The position numbers and the translations under genes were made by a program. 64,000 nt of DNA. Origin: the human T2T-CHM13v2.0 reference genome, Homo sapiens. Below are positions 14,260 through 32,623 of this stretch, piece by piece (position 1 is the first letter of the stretch; each line of letters begins with the position of its first letter). The DNA lies in the NCBI RefSeq assembly GCF_009914755.1, contig NC_060930.1, one strand, 5' to 3'. Under the pieces are notes generated by a model. The model was not told the origin of the DNA and ran no database searches. It worked only from the letters and a program-made list of their open reading frames with translations.

Positions 14260-15265
14260 CAAGAAATTCCGCCTTTGGCTAACATGAAGTAGCAGGGACT
14301 AAATTTATCCTCACACCTAAAATAACTAGAAAATTGGGAAAAATGTGAAACAATTGTCTTTCAAGAATTCAGACGTCTGACAATGAAGAACAGTAATCAT
14401 AAAGAGATAGGAAATTGATGTAGCATGATTGCCCCAGCTTACTACCCCTCTCCAGGAGAGTTTCCAGGCCATGGCTCATGGAGGGGGGACCCAGGTGGAG
14501 CCCAGCATTATCCCTGGGAAGAGGAGATGGAGCTGGGACTCCAGGCAGGCCAAGGTAGTCAGAGTTTGTGGAGCAGTGGAAATGAGAGAGCTGCACAGCA
14601 GAGCACCCTGGAGAGCTGCAGAGGGTCTCTGAATCTTCATCTGAAGACTGATCATCACACACTTGTGAGGAAAAGACCAAGGCTGGGACATGAACCTCTG
14701 GAAAGAACTACAAGTAATTATCTTTAGAGATTTCACAGGACCAGGAATAATTCCTATTTTCCCACCAGCCAGAGTAGAAAACCTCATAAATCAAACATTT
14801 GTAGGATACTCAGAAGAATTTTTCCTCAGTAGTGGGGCAAAATTAGATCAAAATTAAAAGCTGCTCTGTTCCCACCTAATAAAGCTGAAAAGCAAGATCT
14901 GAATGGATCAAACTGTTTCCAAGTAAATTAATTATATCCTACATCAAAGCTCAAGAATATTTATAGGAGTATAAGAACATTCAGCATCCCAAATGTACAA
15001 TCCACAAATTCTGGCATCCAATAAAAAATTATTAGCATGCAAAAAAGTAGTGGTATACATATTTGAATATAAACCCGTATTGAGAATAACCAATTAATTT
15101 GAAACCAAACCAGACCTGACACAGATGTTAGAATTAGCCAACAAGTACATTGAAAGCTATTATAATTGTATTCTATGTGTTTAAAAATTTAAGTGGAGAC
15201 GGAAGATATAGCGAAGAGCCCAATTAAACATCTAGAGATGCAAACCACAATGTCTAAGGTGAAAC
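14260..15265 (+). mobile_element. Old L1M 5' end (5' UTR and start of ORF1), degraded
   Basis: gagagtttccaggcc...acccaggtggagccc and cagatgttagaattagcc...ctagagatgcaaaccacaatgtct motifs of L1M 5' ends. Confidence 0.65.
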
Positions 15266-15729
15266 TTTATTATAGGCTAAGAATGAAGAAATGTTGTCGG
15301 CCTATCAAAATGGAGTTACTGTTAACAAACATTTATGAAAAATATTCACCTCACTACATCAAAGGTGCTAAAACAATGTACCTGCATTTATCAGAAGTAA
15401 GTAGAAAGGCCATCCAATTGTTTTTAGATCAGTCCAACCAGAAGTGGATTTCAGTAGATGAGAGTCTCAGGCAGAATGGTAACTGAGACTTTCCCTAATT
15501 TCCATTCTTAGATACTGGTTTCACATTTGTTTACCAGTGGGAGAAAAAAAATTATTTTTTAAGTGATAGAAGTTACATATCTCTTTGTATTGAACATTTT
15601 AAGTTTATAGTAGCCACGGAATATAAAACATATTTTAATTTATTTCGATAGTCTTTTTTTCTCAGTAGTTATTTCTCAATTATTACTTATAACTGAATAG
15701 TGTTAATTACACAGAATCTCTAAAAACAG

Positions 15730-16139
15730 AGGCAGCCCTGCTGGATACACTCACCACACTTCTACCCCTTGCTCTTTGCTACAGGAGGCTGATGGACTAC
15801 ATCCATGGGGTACTTTGTCCTCTGGCTTCCAATTAGATTCAGACAACAGGAAGCATCAACAGCTAATGGGAGACGAAGAGGAAAAATTGGGGTACCTATT
15901 CCCCTAGATTACTCCCTGCTGATTGCTGCAGAGGGGCTTCATCCTTGCCCTGGTTTCTGGAAAACACTCTTTCATTGCCCATGCAGGCCTAGGAGTGATG
16001 ATGCCTCACTGGATGGCAAAGTCTCTTATTGGTTTCCCTAAATCTTACTCACAACTTGTAGATACTCCCTCTATTAAATCCTTTTCAGTTACCCAGTTTG
16101 AGTGTGCAGTCTCTTTCCTGATAGACTTTTACTGATATA
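15730..16139 (+). mobile_element. LTR33-like ERVL LTR
   Basis: cctctggcttccaattagattcag, and 3' end attaaa...tttgagtgtgcagtctctttcctg...actgata. Confidence 0.6.
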
Positions 16140-16239
16140 GTGTCCTTCTTGACCTTAGTTACAAAGTCATTTTCAAATCAAGTTCATGTCTAAATCATGT
16201 TTTCTCTGGCTTCCATGTGTGTAAAACAGTTTCTATATT

Positions 16240-16539
16240 TTTTTTTTTTTTTTTTTTTTGAGACGGAGTCTCGCTGTCGCCCAGGCTGGAGTGCAGTGGC
16301 GCAATCTCGGCTCACTGCAGGCTCCGCCCCCTGGGGTTCACGCCATTCTCCTGCCTCAGCCTCCCGAGTAGCTGGGACTACAGGCGCCCGCCACCTCGCC
16401 CGGCTAATTTTTTGTATTTTTAGTAGAGACGGGGTTTCACCGTGTTAGCCAGGATGGTCTCGATCTCCTGACCTCGTGATCCGCCCGCCTCGGCCTCCCA
16501 AAGTGCTGGGATTACAGGCGTGAGCCACCGCGCCCGGCC
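16240..16539 (-). mobile_element. AluYe5-like, very young, with TSD
   Basis: CpGs essentially intact. Diagnostic GAACCCCAGGGGGCGGAGCCTGCAG, GGGCGAGGTGG and GACAGCGAGAC on the sense strand. Pure A tail. TSD gtaaaacagtttctatatt at 16221 and 16540. Confidence 0.95.
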
Positions 16540-17504
16540 GTAAAACAGTTTCTATATTTTTGTGTCTCTTAATCTCTTCAGTTTCTTTTGTGAAACCAGG
16601 AAACTTCTGAGAAAGGGTAACAAAGCCTTTTAAATTTTGATTTATATAACAAATAGCCCACTGAATCAACAGTAAACAGGTTTATGCCATGCATTATTTG
16701 GTTTCAGAATTTCAATCAACTGCAGCTATTGACTTTAGCCAATATCACGTTGAGTATTCAGCAGAGAGAGTTTAGAGCCACTACCTTCCCTCCCCAACTA
16801 AAGAGTGCTACATACTTTGGTAGGAAAGTAACCAATTTACAATTTGTCAGCTTTATGTAAGAAAGTGAATGAAGAAACTAAGTGATGTGAAAGCATAATT
16901 TTAATTTATTTAGGTGATGTTTTAGTTCACCTTAAAGGCCTATTCCTTAACTCAGCTTTGACAGGCATTCTTTCTCTAGTTAAAAAACCATTTGGGCTTA
17001 AGGTGGAAGTAAGGCAAAGTCTGGCCAATTTTGAGACTTGGTCTTTGGAAAGAGTTTGGGAAAAGAATATAAAATAAATAATGATAGCAAGAGGGGGAAT
17101 GTCTTAATAAATATAGTCATTAGGATTAAATTGGGAATTCTCTCTCATGTCACAGAAAGGAAACATTAGGATTTCATTGGCTTCATTTTACTCTGAGTAT
17201 ATTTTGCCTATTGAATTAAATTAGCAAAGCAAGAATTCTGGCACCGATGCCTCAGTAACCTTCTCTCTGACAACCATAAGTAATTTTTTTTGTCTGCTTA
17301 GTCTTCAGAAATGTTGTTGGTAGATCTGGAATAGCAGTGTGCTGGAGTAAATGTTGTTCAATGTTGAGTAAATTTCAATTAAAGTTAAAAATACAATTCC
17401 ATAAATTTAAAAAAGTCATCAGCTATCTTGTAAGAATTTTTGATTACGTGTAAACTTGAATAGATATATTAATGACTATTAATGGCATTTAAGATACAAG
17501 ACTA

Positions 17505-18231
17505 ACCACTTCATACCCATTAGGATGGCTGTTAAGGAAAATAACTAGAAAATGGCAAATATTGGCAGGAATATAGAAAAATTGAAACCCTTGTGAATTG
17601 CTAGTGGGAAAATAAACTGGTGCAGCTGCATGGAAAACAGTATGATATTTCCTCAGAAAAGTTAAACAGAATTATTACACAATTAAGCAATTCCCTTTCT
17701 GGGTATATGCTCAAAGGAATTGAAAGCAAGGGCTCAAACAGATATCTGCATACCCATGTACATAGTATTATTACTCACAATAGCTAAATGGCAGAACCAA
17801 CGCATGTGTCCATCAGTGGATGAATGGATAAATATAATGTGATATACATATACAATGAAATGTTATTCAGCCTTAAAAGAGAAGGAAATTCTGACATATG
17901 CTACAACATGAACCTTGAAGTCATAATGCTGAGTTAATAAACCACTCACAAAAAGACAAATACTGTATGATATCACTTTTATGAGATACATAGAGTAGTC
18001 AAATTCACAGACAGGATGGAATTGTGGTTGCCAGGCACTGGAGGAGAGGAGAATGAGAAGTTAGTGTTTAATTGGTACAGAGCTTCAGTTGGGGAAGATG
18101 AAAAGTTCTGGAGATGAATGGCAGTGATGACTATAGAACAATGTGAATTTACTTGATGCCAGTGAACTGTACACTTAAAAATGGTTAAAATGGTATATTT
18201 TGTGTAATGTGTATTTTACCACAATAAAAAA
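17505..18231 (+). mobile_element. L1MB-type 3' end
   Basis: ORF2 C-terminal remnant and 3' UTR ending tgaactgtacacttaaaaatggttaaaatgg...ttttaccacaataaaaaa. Confidence 0.85.
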
Positions 18232-18325
18232 GACTAAGCATAGTTTACTGGGGAGAGTTACATATTTTAAGTAAATATTTGGAGTTGGCAATGCTAGGAA
18301 AAGAACCTAATGAATGCAGCAACGC

Positions 18326-22482
<4,157 letters not shown>

Positions 22483-23074
22483 AATGCAGCAACAAACCTA
22501 AAGCACTTAAAAAATGCAGAAAAATCCAGTATTTCTCTTAAAGGTATCAAGTATCTCACTAGATTTTTTTAAAAGCCACCACAAAGTAGATATTATACCC
22601 AATAATTTCTTTGAACTTGAAAAGATGTTTAAAATTATGTGCCATAAACTTTATTAAATAAGACATTAGAGGATTTTCTATCTTGGTCTTTATGATGGTT
22701 TTTACTTTTTCAAATACATATGATTTTTCTAAATTTTGTATTAAAAAATCAGATGTAGTAAACCCAATTATGCTAACTAGGCAGAACTTTGTGGTTTTGG
22801 AAAGAAAATGTTAAGTCTGAATAAAAAATTAGCATTTTTTTCTCTCTTCTAATAACAGGAACTTCCATTTTCTCAACAACTGCTCTTCCAAGATGCTGCC
22901 TCATTTCAGAGCCATGTTTTACTCATGAGCTGGTCCTGTCCAGAAAACAGCCAATGCTCATTCCCGACACTTTCTTGTCACTGCTCTTTTCTGTGAGTGA
23001 ATTTTGTGACATTCTCCTTAAAGATCTGAAGTTACAAATTGTTTCTTTGTTTCTGTTTTATGAAATAGAAAAGT

Positions 23075-23690
<616 letters not shown>

Positions 23691-25280
23691 AGGATAAACT
23701 GTGGCCAGCTAACCTATACAGGCATCATTGAGAATTGATTCTACATAAAGTGTATTTTGAATATTTTAACTTATCTAATTTAAATGGTCAGCTTATATTT
23801 CCACAAAATAATTAATCAATATAATCTGATAGTACCAGTGTTATGTGGACTATAATTTAGAGAAAGTTTACCTACATCAATGTGTGATATAGACTACATT
23901 ACAGTTAGCAGTTCTTGCCTCCTGCTAATCCTTCCTACCACATGTAGAATGAAAATTTGGGGTAGCGTAGAAGGAGTATTCATTCATAGCACACTTCAAG
24001 CCTACCATGTGTGATACCTTGTGATGGGCACTGGGGATACAAGTATGAATAGGCTAGAAATGATGCTTTTGGCACTATCTTGAAAATAGGTTCAGAATAT
24101 ATTCACTTCTTACTCTTACTCTTGTATCACTCTTGGTCCAAGCTAATCTCATCCGCCTCTACCCTTAGCTTCCTAGTTTGTCAGAGAGTCTTTTTAAATC
24201 CAAGTGAGAGCATGCTATTCCTTTGCCCAAAGTCCTCCAATGGTTTCTTATCTCATTCAACATGAAAAATGAAATTCTTAAATTAATCTACAAGGACCAC
24301 ACAGATGATATTTATGTAATGTTAAGATATAAAAATCAGTCCTGTGTATAATTTATGAATTCATATAGGTATAGGACATTATAAAACATGGATCCATATC
24401 AACTTTAGGATAGTTGTTATTTCTGAGGAGGAAAGAAATAAGTTTGGGAAGCTTTAATAGTACACATAAAGCTTTACTTCTTAAAGAAAAGTATTTGTGC
24501 AAGTGCAGCAAAATGTTTGCTTTTGCTAAATCTGCATAGTGGGTACTAGGGTATTCACTATAATAATTTTATGTTTTGTATATTTAAAATATTATATTTA
24601 AAACATTTAAGTAATACATGTATCTAAATATGGGACTATTCTCAATAATTTTTCAAGAAATAAGATAAATGATTTAAATTGACACATTTAGACAATGTTT
24701 TTCAGTTTTAGGGATTCCCTCTTCATTAATATCTTGATTTCTCCTTTGAGAATACCTATCACTGGAGGACCAAATCTCTATTGTCTCCTCTTCTTAGCAT
24801 CATCTTCTTTCTCATTTTGCATTTTTAATTCCTTTTAATCCTTCTTTATTTCACTCAGATCAGACAATATATCTCAGCATATTGTCTTTATAACTTATTG
24901 TGTTGTCTTCAATCGACATGTTCTTTCTTCATGATTTTCTTTCATAAATGAAATCATAAAATCTTACAGCCTCTTTTGATAATACTATTCTTTTAAAAAT
25001 GTTCTCTGGTTATGGTAGTAAATTATTTTGAAAAATATCTTTTACTCTAAATTTTCAGGATGATCTTCCCTTTCTTCTGCTGCTCCATATTTTCAGAATT
25101 CCATGTTATTTTCATTTACTCATGCTGAAATGGCAGACTTGTCTCCAATCCTGACATTTACCAATAAGCAGGATAAGTGGTTTCTTCCCTATCTGGCTTC
25201 CTGTCTACTTGGACCTTGGTAAAATCACCTTCTCAGATCTTCAGCTGGAAGACAAGTTGGTATTTTATAGTTTCTCTTCT

Positions 25281-25670
<390 letters not shown>

Positions 25671-28063
25671 TTAGTGGTATTTTCTCCTGAGAGGGACCTT
25701 GTACATATCAATATACATTGTTTCCAGAGTCTGTTTCTACCGTGTGTTGTTATGACTCAAAGAAGTAAAATGCTAGATCTCTAATGTGGCGTAAATCATT
25801 GTTAGCTCTCTTTACTTCGTATTTCCTGTTGTGTTGGTTTCCAGGTTAGTCTCTGAAGAGAAGTAGAAAAAGAGGCATTAGGGAAGTGGGTTGCTTCCGA
25901 AAGTATCCTGTTCTGAAGAATAGCTGCTGAATTTCCTGTTGCAATATCCTCTGAGTCTCTGTGAAGGATTTTGGGAGTAATGAGGGTACAACATTTCCCT
26001 TTGTTTGTCTTTAACCTGGTAGATATGTTCCACTTATGGCAGCAAAATATGCATAAGCAACCATGTGGGATTCTGAAGTCAGCTCCATCGATCATGCAGT
26101 TAGTAGAAAATCCTCTCATTTCCTGGCAATAAGATGGCTTTGAGTCATGATTTTCTGTTATGACTTGCAATCCTTTTTTGTGTTTTTATGAATCTATTAG
26201 TGAGAAATTGGAAGAGACCAAATCTGAAATGGAAAGCTATGTCCTATACTTTTGAGTCATGAAATTGCCGTGAATATTTTAGTTGACTGATCTGAATAGA
26301 TGAAAAATCTGTGATTTGAAAGTACTCAATGACTTCTTCGGTCACAGAGTCAGAAACAGGAAGAGTACAATATTCAACCCCAACTTATGGGATAATTTGT
26401 AAAGGAAATATCTAAAATAAACTTAATTATGAAGGAGAGCTGACAGTCATATAGGTCAGCCAGGACTTTGCTTTCCTCTTCCTAATGTCCTGTTAAACCC
26501 TTGTCATATTCATTTTTATTAACACTTTATCAGAGGGCAGAAAGAGGTGATACTTCAATCTGTCAACTTCACTGCTCATTAGCAACTCATGTAAAGGGCA
26601 GTAAGGGGGAGGATCAAAGGCTAAATTGAGGTTACAAGTTTTCTGTGGCTGTCACTTACCCTGCTGTGTCATTAGCACATATAATAGAGAGAGAGCTGTA
26701 TTAAGGTATTAAGAGTTCAATGGAAGCGATGCATGGTGAAAAGCTGAAGAAGTGTTGAGGCCCTAGATGTGGTAATTCTATCTGGGAGCCATCGGAGCTA
26801 CAGGCATGCATAGGAGTTAATATGACACTGTGCAATGTTGCACACAGATAAGCATAATTAATGGCCTTTGTGTGGTTGAAGAAAAAAAGGATATACTAGT
26901 AAATTACATTTAAAACCCATACCAAGTGGTGAGGTCCTGAAGAAGGACAGATAGGTCATCTTTAAGGATGTGCTTAATTCACCTGTGAGAACCAATGTGT
27001 GCAGATCTGTGCATGGAACATATTTGAAAAAAGTAAAAATATTTACAGTAGAATTAACACTACTTTCAGGTCAGCAGAATGCACTCTTGCTTAATTATCT
27101 TTTCTGCTTTTCACTAGTTAATATAAAATATAAATCCTAAAGGTACACTGCATGAAATTTAAATACATGGCTTGATTTTTCCCTCGATACATTAGGCATC
27201 TTTCATCAGATAATTTTGAACTTTTCCAAAAAATATCAATATGAGAATAAAATCATGGTGAGCTACAGTGATAAAATTAAATAATTTGAATAAAAGGACT
27301 AAGTAAACAATAATGAGCTATATAAATATGAAGAATTTTACTTTTATAATAAATTCTTTTTTAAGTATCACATATTGTTATTTCTTCTTCCTATTCTGCA
27401 TGTATTTACACATACAGCACAAACATTTTATTTTCTTCTTTTCTTTCTATATCAGAATTTAAAAATAACTTGACATCTGCATTATTTGTAGGCCACTTTC
27501 AAGGTGAGATTCCAGTGAATATCAATCGATCAGACAATCTTTAAAAATTTCAGAGCATCTATTTTATTTTAGGACATCTATGTTATTTCAGGCAATGTTG
27601 GGAATAAATGCAATCTTGTCTTCCTCCCTAAAGGGTTCATGATAAAGTTGAGGAATCATAAAAACCTACACAAAGATGTGAAAGAGACCATGCAGTATTA
27701 AATATAATGCAACAGGATTTCAAGTTAGAGCCAGAATAACTCTTAAAACTTGATAAAGGCTTTGATGGGTGGAAAGGACTTGAAATTTGGCTATGAAAAT
27801 AGTTTTCCCTTGAACGGTCTGAAGCTTCACTTCATGAAATGATCAGCCATTATAAAGGCAGTTTATACCTACTTCCTTAGATATTTTTTGAGCTGAAAGT
27901 GGTCTCAGTGGGGGGCAGCACACAGTGGTTAAGAGCTCAGTTTCTAAATTAAACCTGGAAGACAAGTCATTTCTGCTTTCTTCATCCCGTAAAACCTCCC
28001 TACTGCACCTTTGTGCTACACCATCATCTTTTCCTGGAGTTTTCCAATAGATTCCTCACTGAC

Positions 28064-28439
28064 TGATATGGTTTGGCTGTGTTCCCACCCAAATCTCATC
28101 TTGAATTACAGCTCCCATAATCCCCATGTGTCTTGGGAGGGACCTGATGGAGATAACTGAATCATGGGGGCAGTTTCCCCCATCCTGGCATCATGACAGT
28201 GAGTGAGTTCTCATGAGATCTGATGATTTTATAAGGGGCTTCCCCACCCTTCACTCAGCACTTCTACTTGCTGCTGCCATGTGAAGAAGGATGTGTTTGC
28301 TTTCCCTTCGGCCATGATTATAAGTTTCCTGAGACCCCCACCAGCCATGTGGAACTGTTAATCAATTAAACCTCTTTTCTTTATAAGTTACCCAGTCTCA
28401 GGTATGTCTTCATTAGCAGCATGAGATGGAACCAACACA
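28064..28439 (+). mobile_element. THE1C-like MaLR 5' LTR
   Basis: tgatatggtttggctgtg start, attaaa poly(A) signal, ...aacaca end followed by the internal sequence gtaaattggtacc. Confidence 0.92.
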
Positions 28440-29379
28440 GTAAATTGGTACCAGGAGTTGGGTGCTGCTATAAGGATACCCAAAAATGTGGAAGCAACTT
28501 TGGAACTGGGTAACAGGCAAAGGATGGAACAGTTTGGAGGGCTCAGAAGAAGATGGAAAAAATTGGGGAAACTTTGGAACTTCCTAGAGACTTGGAGGGC
28601 TCAGAAGACAGAAAGATGTGGGAAAGTTTGGAACTCCCTACATACTTGTTGGAAAGCCTTGACCAAAATTCTGATAGTGAAATGGACAATAAAGTCCAGG
28701 CTAAGGTGGTCTCAGATGGAGATGAGGAACTTTTTGGGAAATGGAGTAAATGTCACTCTTGCTATGCAAATAGACTGGCGGCATTTTGCCCCTGCTCTAG
28801 AGATCTGTGGAACTTTGAACTTGAGAAAGATTATTTATTGTATCAGGCTGAAGAAGTTTCTAAGCAGCAAAGCATTCAAGAGAAAGCAGAACATAAAAGT
28901 TTGGAAAATTTGCAGCCTGAGGATGCAATAGAAAAGAAAAACCCATTTTCTGAGGAGAAATTCAAGCCTGCCACAGAAATTTGCATAAGTAACAAGAAGC
29001 TGAATGTTAATCACCAAAAGAGTAGGAAAAATGTCTCCAGGGCATGTCCGAGACCTTCAAAGCAGCTTCTCTCAACATGGGCCCCCTGCTATATGCAGCC
29101 TCGTGACTTGGTGTTCTGCATCCCAGCTGCTCCAGCTGTGGTTAATAGGGGCCAAAGTACAGCTTAGGCCATTGCTTCAGAGGATGCAAGCTCCAAGCAT
29201 AGGCAGTTTCCATGTGGTGTTGAGCCTGTGGATGCACAGAAGTCAAGAATTGAGGTTTGGGAACATCTACCTAGATTTAAAAGAGTGTATGAAAAAGTAT
29301 GGATGTCCAGGCAGAAATTTGCTGCAGAGGTGGGGCCTTCATGGAGGAGTTCTGCTAGGGTAGTAGAGAAGGGAAATAT
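28440..29379 (+). mobile_element. THE1 internal region, 3'-truncated (contains MaLR ORF remnant 28553-29167)
   Basis: MWESLELP...DQNSDSEMDNKVQAKVVSDGDEEL is the MaLR internal ORF. Sequence stops abruptly at an L1. Confidence 0.9.
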
Positions 29380-30207
29380 GAAGCATACACAAGTATCAAT
29401 AGCCTAATTGATTAAGTGGAAGAAAGGATATCAGAGATTGAAGATCAACTTAATGAAATAAACCATGAAGACAAGATCAGAGAAAAAAGAATGAAAAGGA
29501 ATGAATGGAGCCTTCAAGAAATAAGGGACTATGTGAAAAGACCAAACCTACATTTGATTGGTGTACCTGAAAGTGACAGGGAGAATGGAACCAAGTTGGA
29601 AAACACACTTCAGGATATTATCCAGGAGAACTTCCCCAACCTAACAAGGCAGGCCAACATTCAAATTCAGGAAATACAGAGAACACCACAAAGATACTCC
29701 TCGAGAAGAGCAACCCAAAGACACATAATTGTCAGATTCACCAAAGTTGAAATGAAGGAAAAAATGTTAAGGGCAGCCAGAGAGAAAGGTCGGGTTTCCA
29801 CAAAGGGAAGCCCATCAGATTAACAGCAGATCTCTCTGCAGAAACCCGACAAGCCAGAAGACAGTGGGCAGCCAGTATGCAACATTCTTTAAAAAAAGTA
29901 TTTTCAACCCAGAATTTCATATCCAGTCAAAGTAAGTTTTATAAGTGAAGTAGAAATAAAATCCTTTACAGACAAGCAAATGCTGAGGGATTTTGGCACC
30001 ACCAGGCCTGCCTTACATGAGCTTCTGAAGGAAGCACTTAACAGGGAAAGGAAAAACTGGTAGCAGCCACTGCAAAAACATACCAAAATGTAAAGGCCAT
30101 CAACACTATGAGGAAACTGCATCAACTAATGGGAAAAATAACCAGCTAGTATCATAATGACAGGATCAAATTCACACATAACAATATTAACCTTAAATGT
30201 AAATGGG

Positions 30208-30317
30208 CTAAATTCCTCAATTAAATTATTCAACTAAATTAAATTCCTCAAACTAAATTAAATTAAATTCCTCAAACTAAATTAAATTAAATTCCTCAAC
30301 TAAATTCCTCAATTAAA
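30208..30317 (+). repeat. AT-rich minisatellite (24-nt unit aaattcctcaaactaaattaaatt) inside L1 ORF2
   Basis: Two perfect 24-mers at 30241-30264 and 30265-30288, flanked by an 18-nt direct repeat ctaaattcctcaattaaa. Confidence 0.9.
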
Positions 30318-30446
30318 AGACACAGACTGGCAAATTGGATAAAGAGTCAAGACCCATCAGTGTGCTGTATTCAGGAGCCCCATCTTGTGCACATATAGGC
30401 TCAAAATAAAGGGATGGAGGAAGATTTACCAAGCAAATGGAAAGCA

Positions 30447-30479
<33 letters not shown>

Positions 30480-31242
30480 TTGCAATCCTAGTCTCTGATA
30501 AAACAGACTTTAAACCAACAAAAATCGAAAAAGACAAAGAAGGGCATTATATAATGGTAGGGGGATCAATGGATCAATGCAACAAGAAGAGTGAACTATT
30601 CTAAATATATATGCACCAATGCAGGAACACCGAGATTCATAAAGCAAGTTCTTAGAGACCTACAAAGAGACTTAGACTCCCACACAGTAATAGCGGGAGA
30701 CTTTAACACCCCACTGTCAATATTAGACAGATCAATGAGACAGAAAATTAACAAGGATATTCAGGACTTGAACTCAGCTCTGGACCAAGCAGACCTAATA
30801 GACATCTACAGAACTCTCACTACTCCAAATCAACAGAATGTACATTCTTTTCAGCATCACATCACACTTATTCTAAATTGACCACATAATTGGAAGTAAA
30901 ATACTCCTCAGCAAATGCAAAAGAACGGAAATCATAACAGTCTCTCAGACCACAGTGCAATCAAATTAGAACTCAGGATTAAGAAACTCACTCAAAACCA
31001 TACAATTATATGGAAACTGAACAACCTGCTCCTGAATGACTACTGGGTAAATAATGAAATTAAGGCAGAAATAAATAAGTTCATTGAAACCAATGAGAAC
31101 AAAGACACAATGTGTCAGAATCTCTGGGACACAGCTAAAGCAGTGTTTAGAGGGACATTTATAGCACTAAAGGCCCACATGAGAAAGTGGGAAAGATCTA
31201 AAATCGACACCCTAACATCACAATTAAAAGAACTAGAGAAGC

Positions 31243-31549
<307 letters not shown>

Positions 31550-32049
31550 CTAGAGAAGCAAGAGCAAACAAAGTCAAAAGCTAGCAGAAGACAAGAAATA
31601 ACTAAGATCAGAGCAGACCTGAAGGAGATAGAAACACGAAAAACCCTTAAAAAATCAATGAATCCAGGAACTGGTTTTTTGAAAACAATAACAAAATAGA
31701 TTGACTGCTAGCCAGACTACTAAAGAAGAAAAGAGAGAAGAATCAACTAGATTCAATAAAAAATGATAAAGGGGATATCACCACGGATCCCGCAGAGATA
31801 CAAACTACCATCAGAGAATACTATAAACACCTCTATGTAACTAAACTAGAAAATCTAGAAGAAATGGATAAATTCCTGGACACATACACCCTCCCAAGAC
31901 TAAACAAGGAAGAAGTCGAATCCCTGAATAGACCAATAAAAAGTTCTAAAGTTCTAAAATTGAGGCAGTAATTAATAGCCTACCAACCAAAAAAAAGCCC
32001 AGGACCAGATGGATTCACAGCCAAATTCTATCAGAGGTACAAAGAGTAA

Positions 32050-32234
<185 letters not shown>

Positions 32235-32416
32235 TGATACAGCAGCACATTAAAAAGCTTATCCACCACGATCAAGTTGGCTTCATCCCTGGGATGCAAG
32301 GCTGGTTCAACATATGCAAATCAACAAATGTAATCCATCACATAAACAAAACCACATGATTATCTTAATAGATCCAGAAAAGGCCTTTGATAAAATTCAA
32401 CACCGCTTCATGCTAA

Positions 32417-32623
<207 letters not shown>

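Noticed and set aside
14369-14787. Cluster of overlapping ~100-aa ORFs in a GC-richer patch
   Set aside because: Lies in an old L1M 5' UTR remnant, and the ORFs are explained by base composition.
28530-28640. Tandem duplication ttggagggctcagaag...ttggaact in THE1-int
   Set aside because: As I recall, this is a feature of THE1 internal consensus sequences, so it is not claimed as locus-specific.
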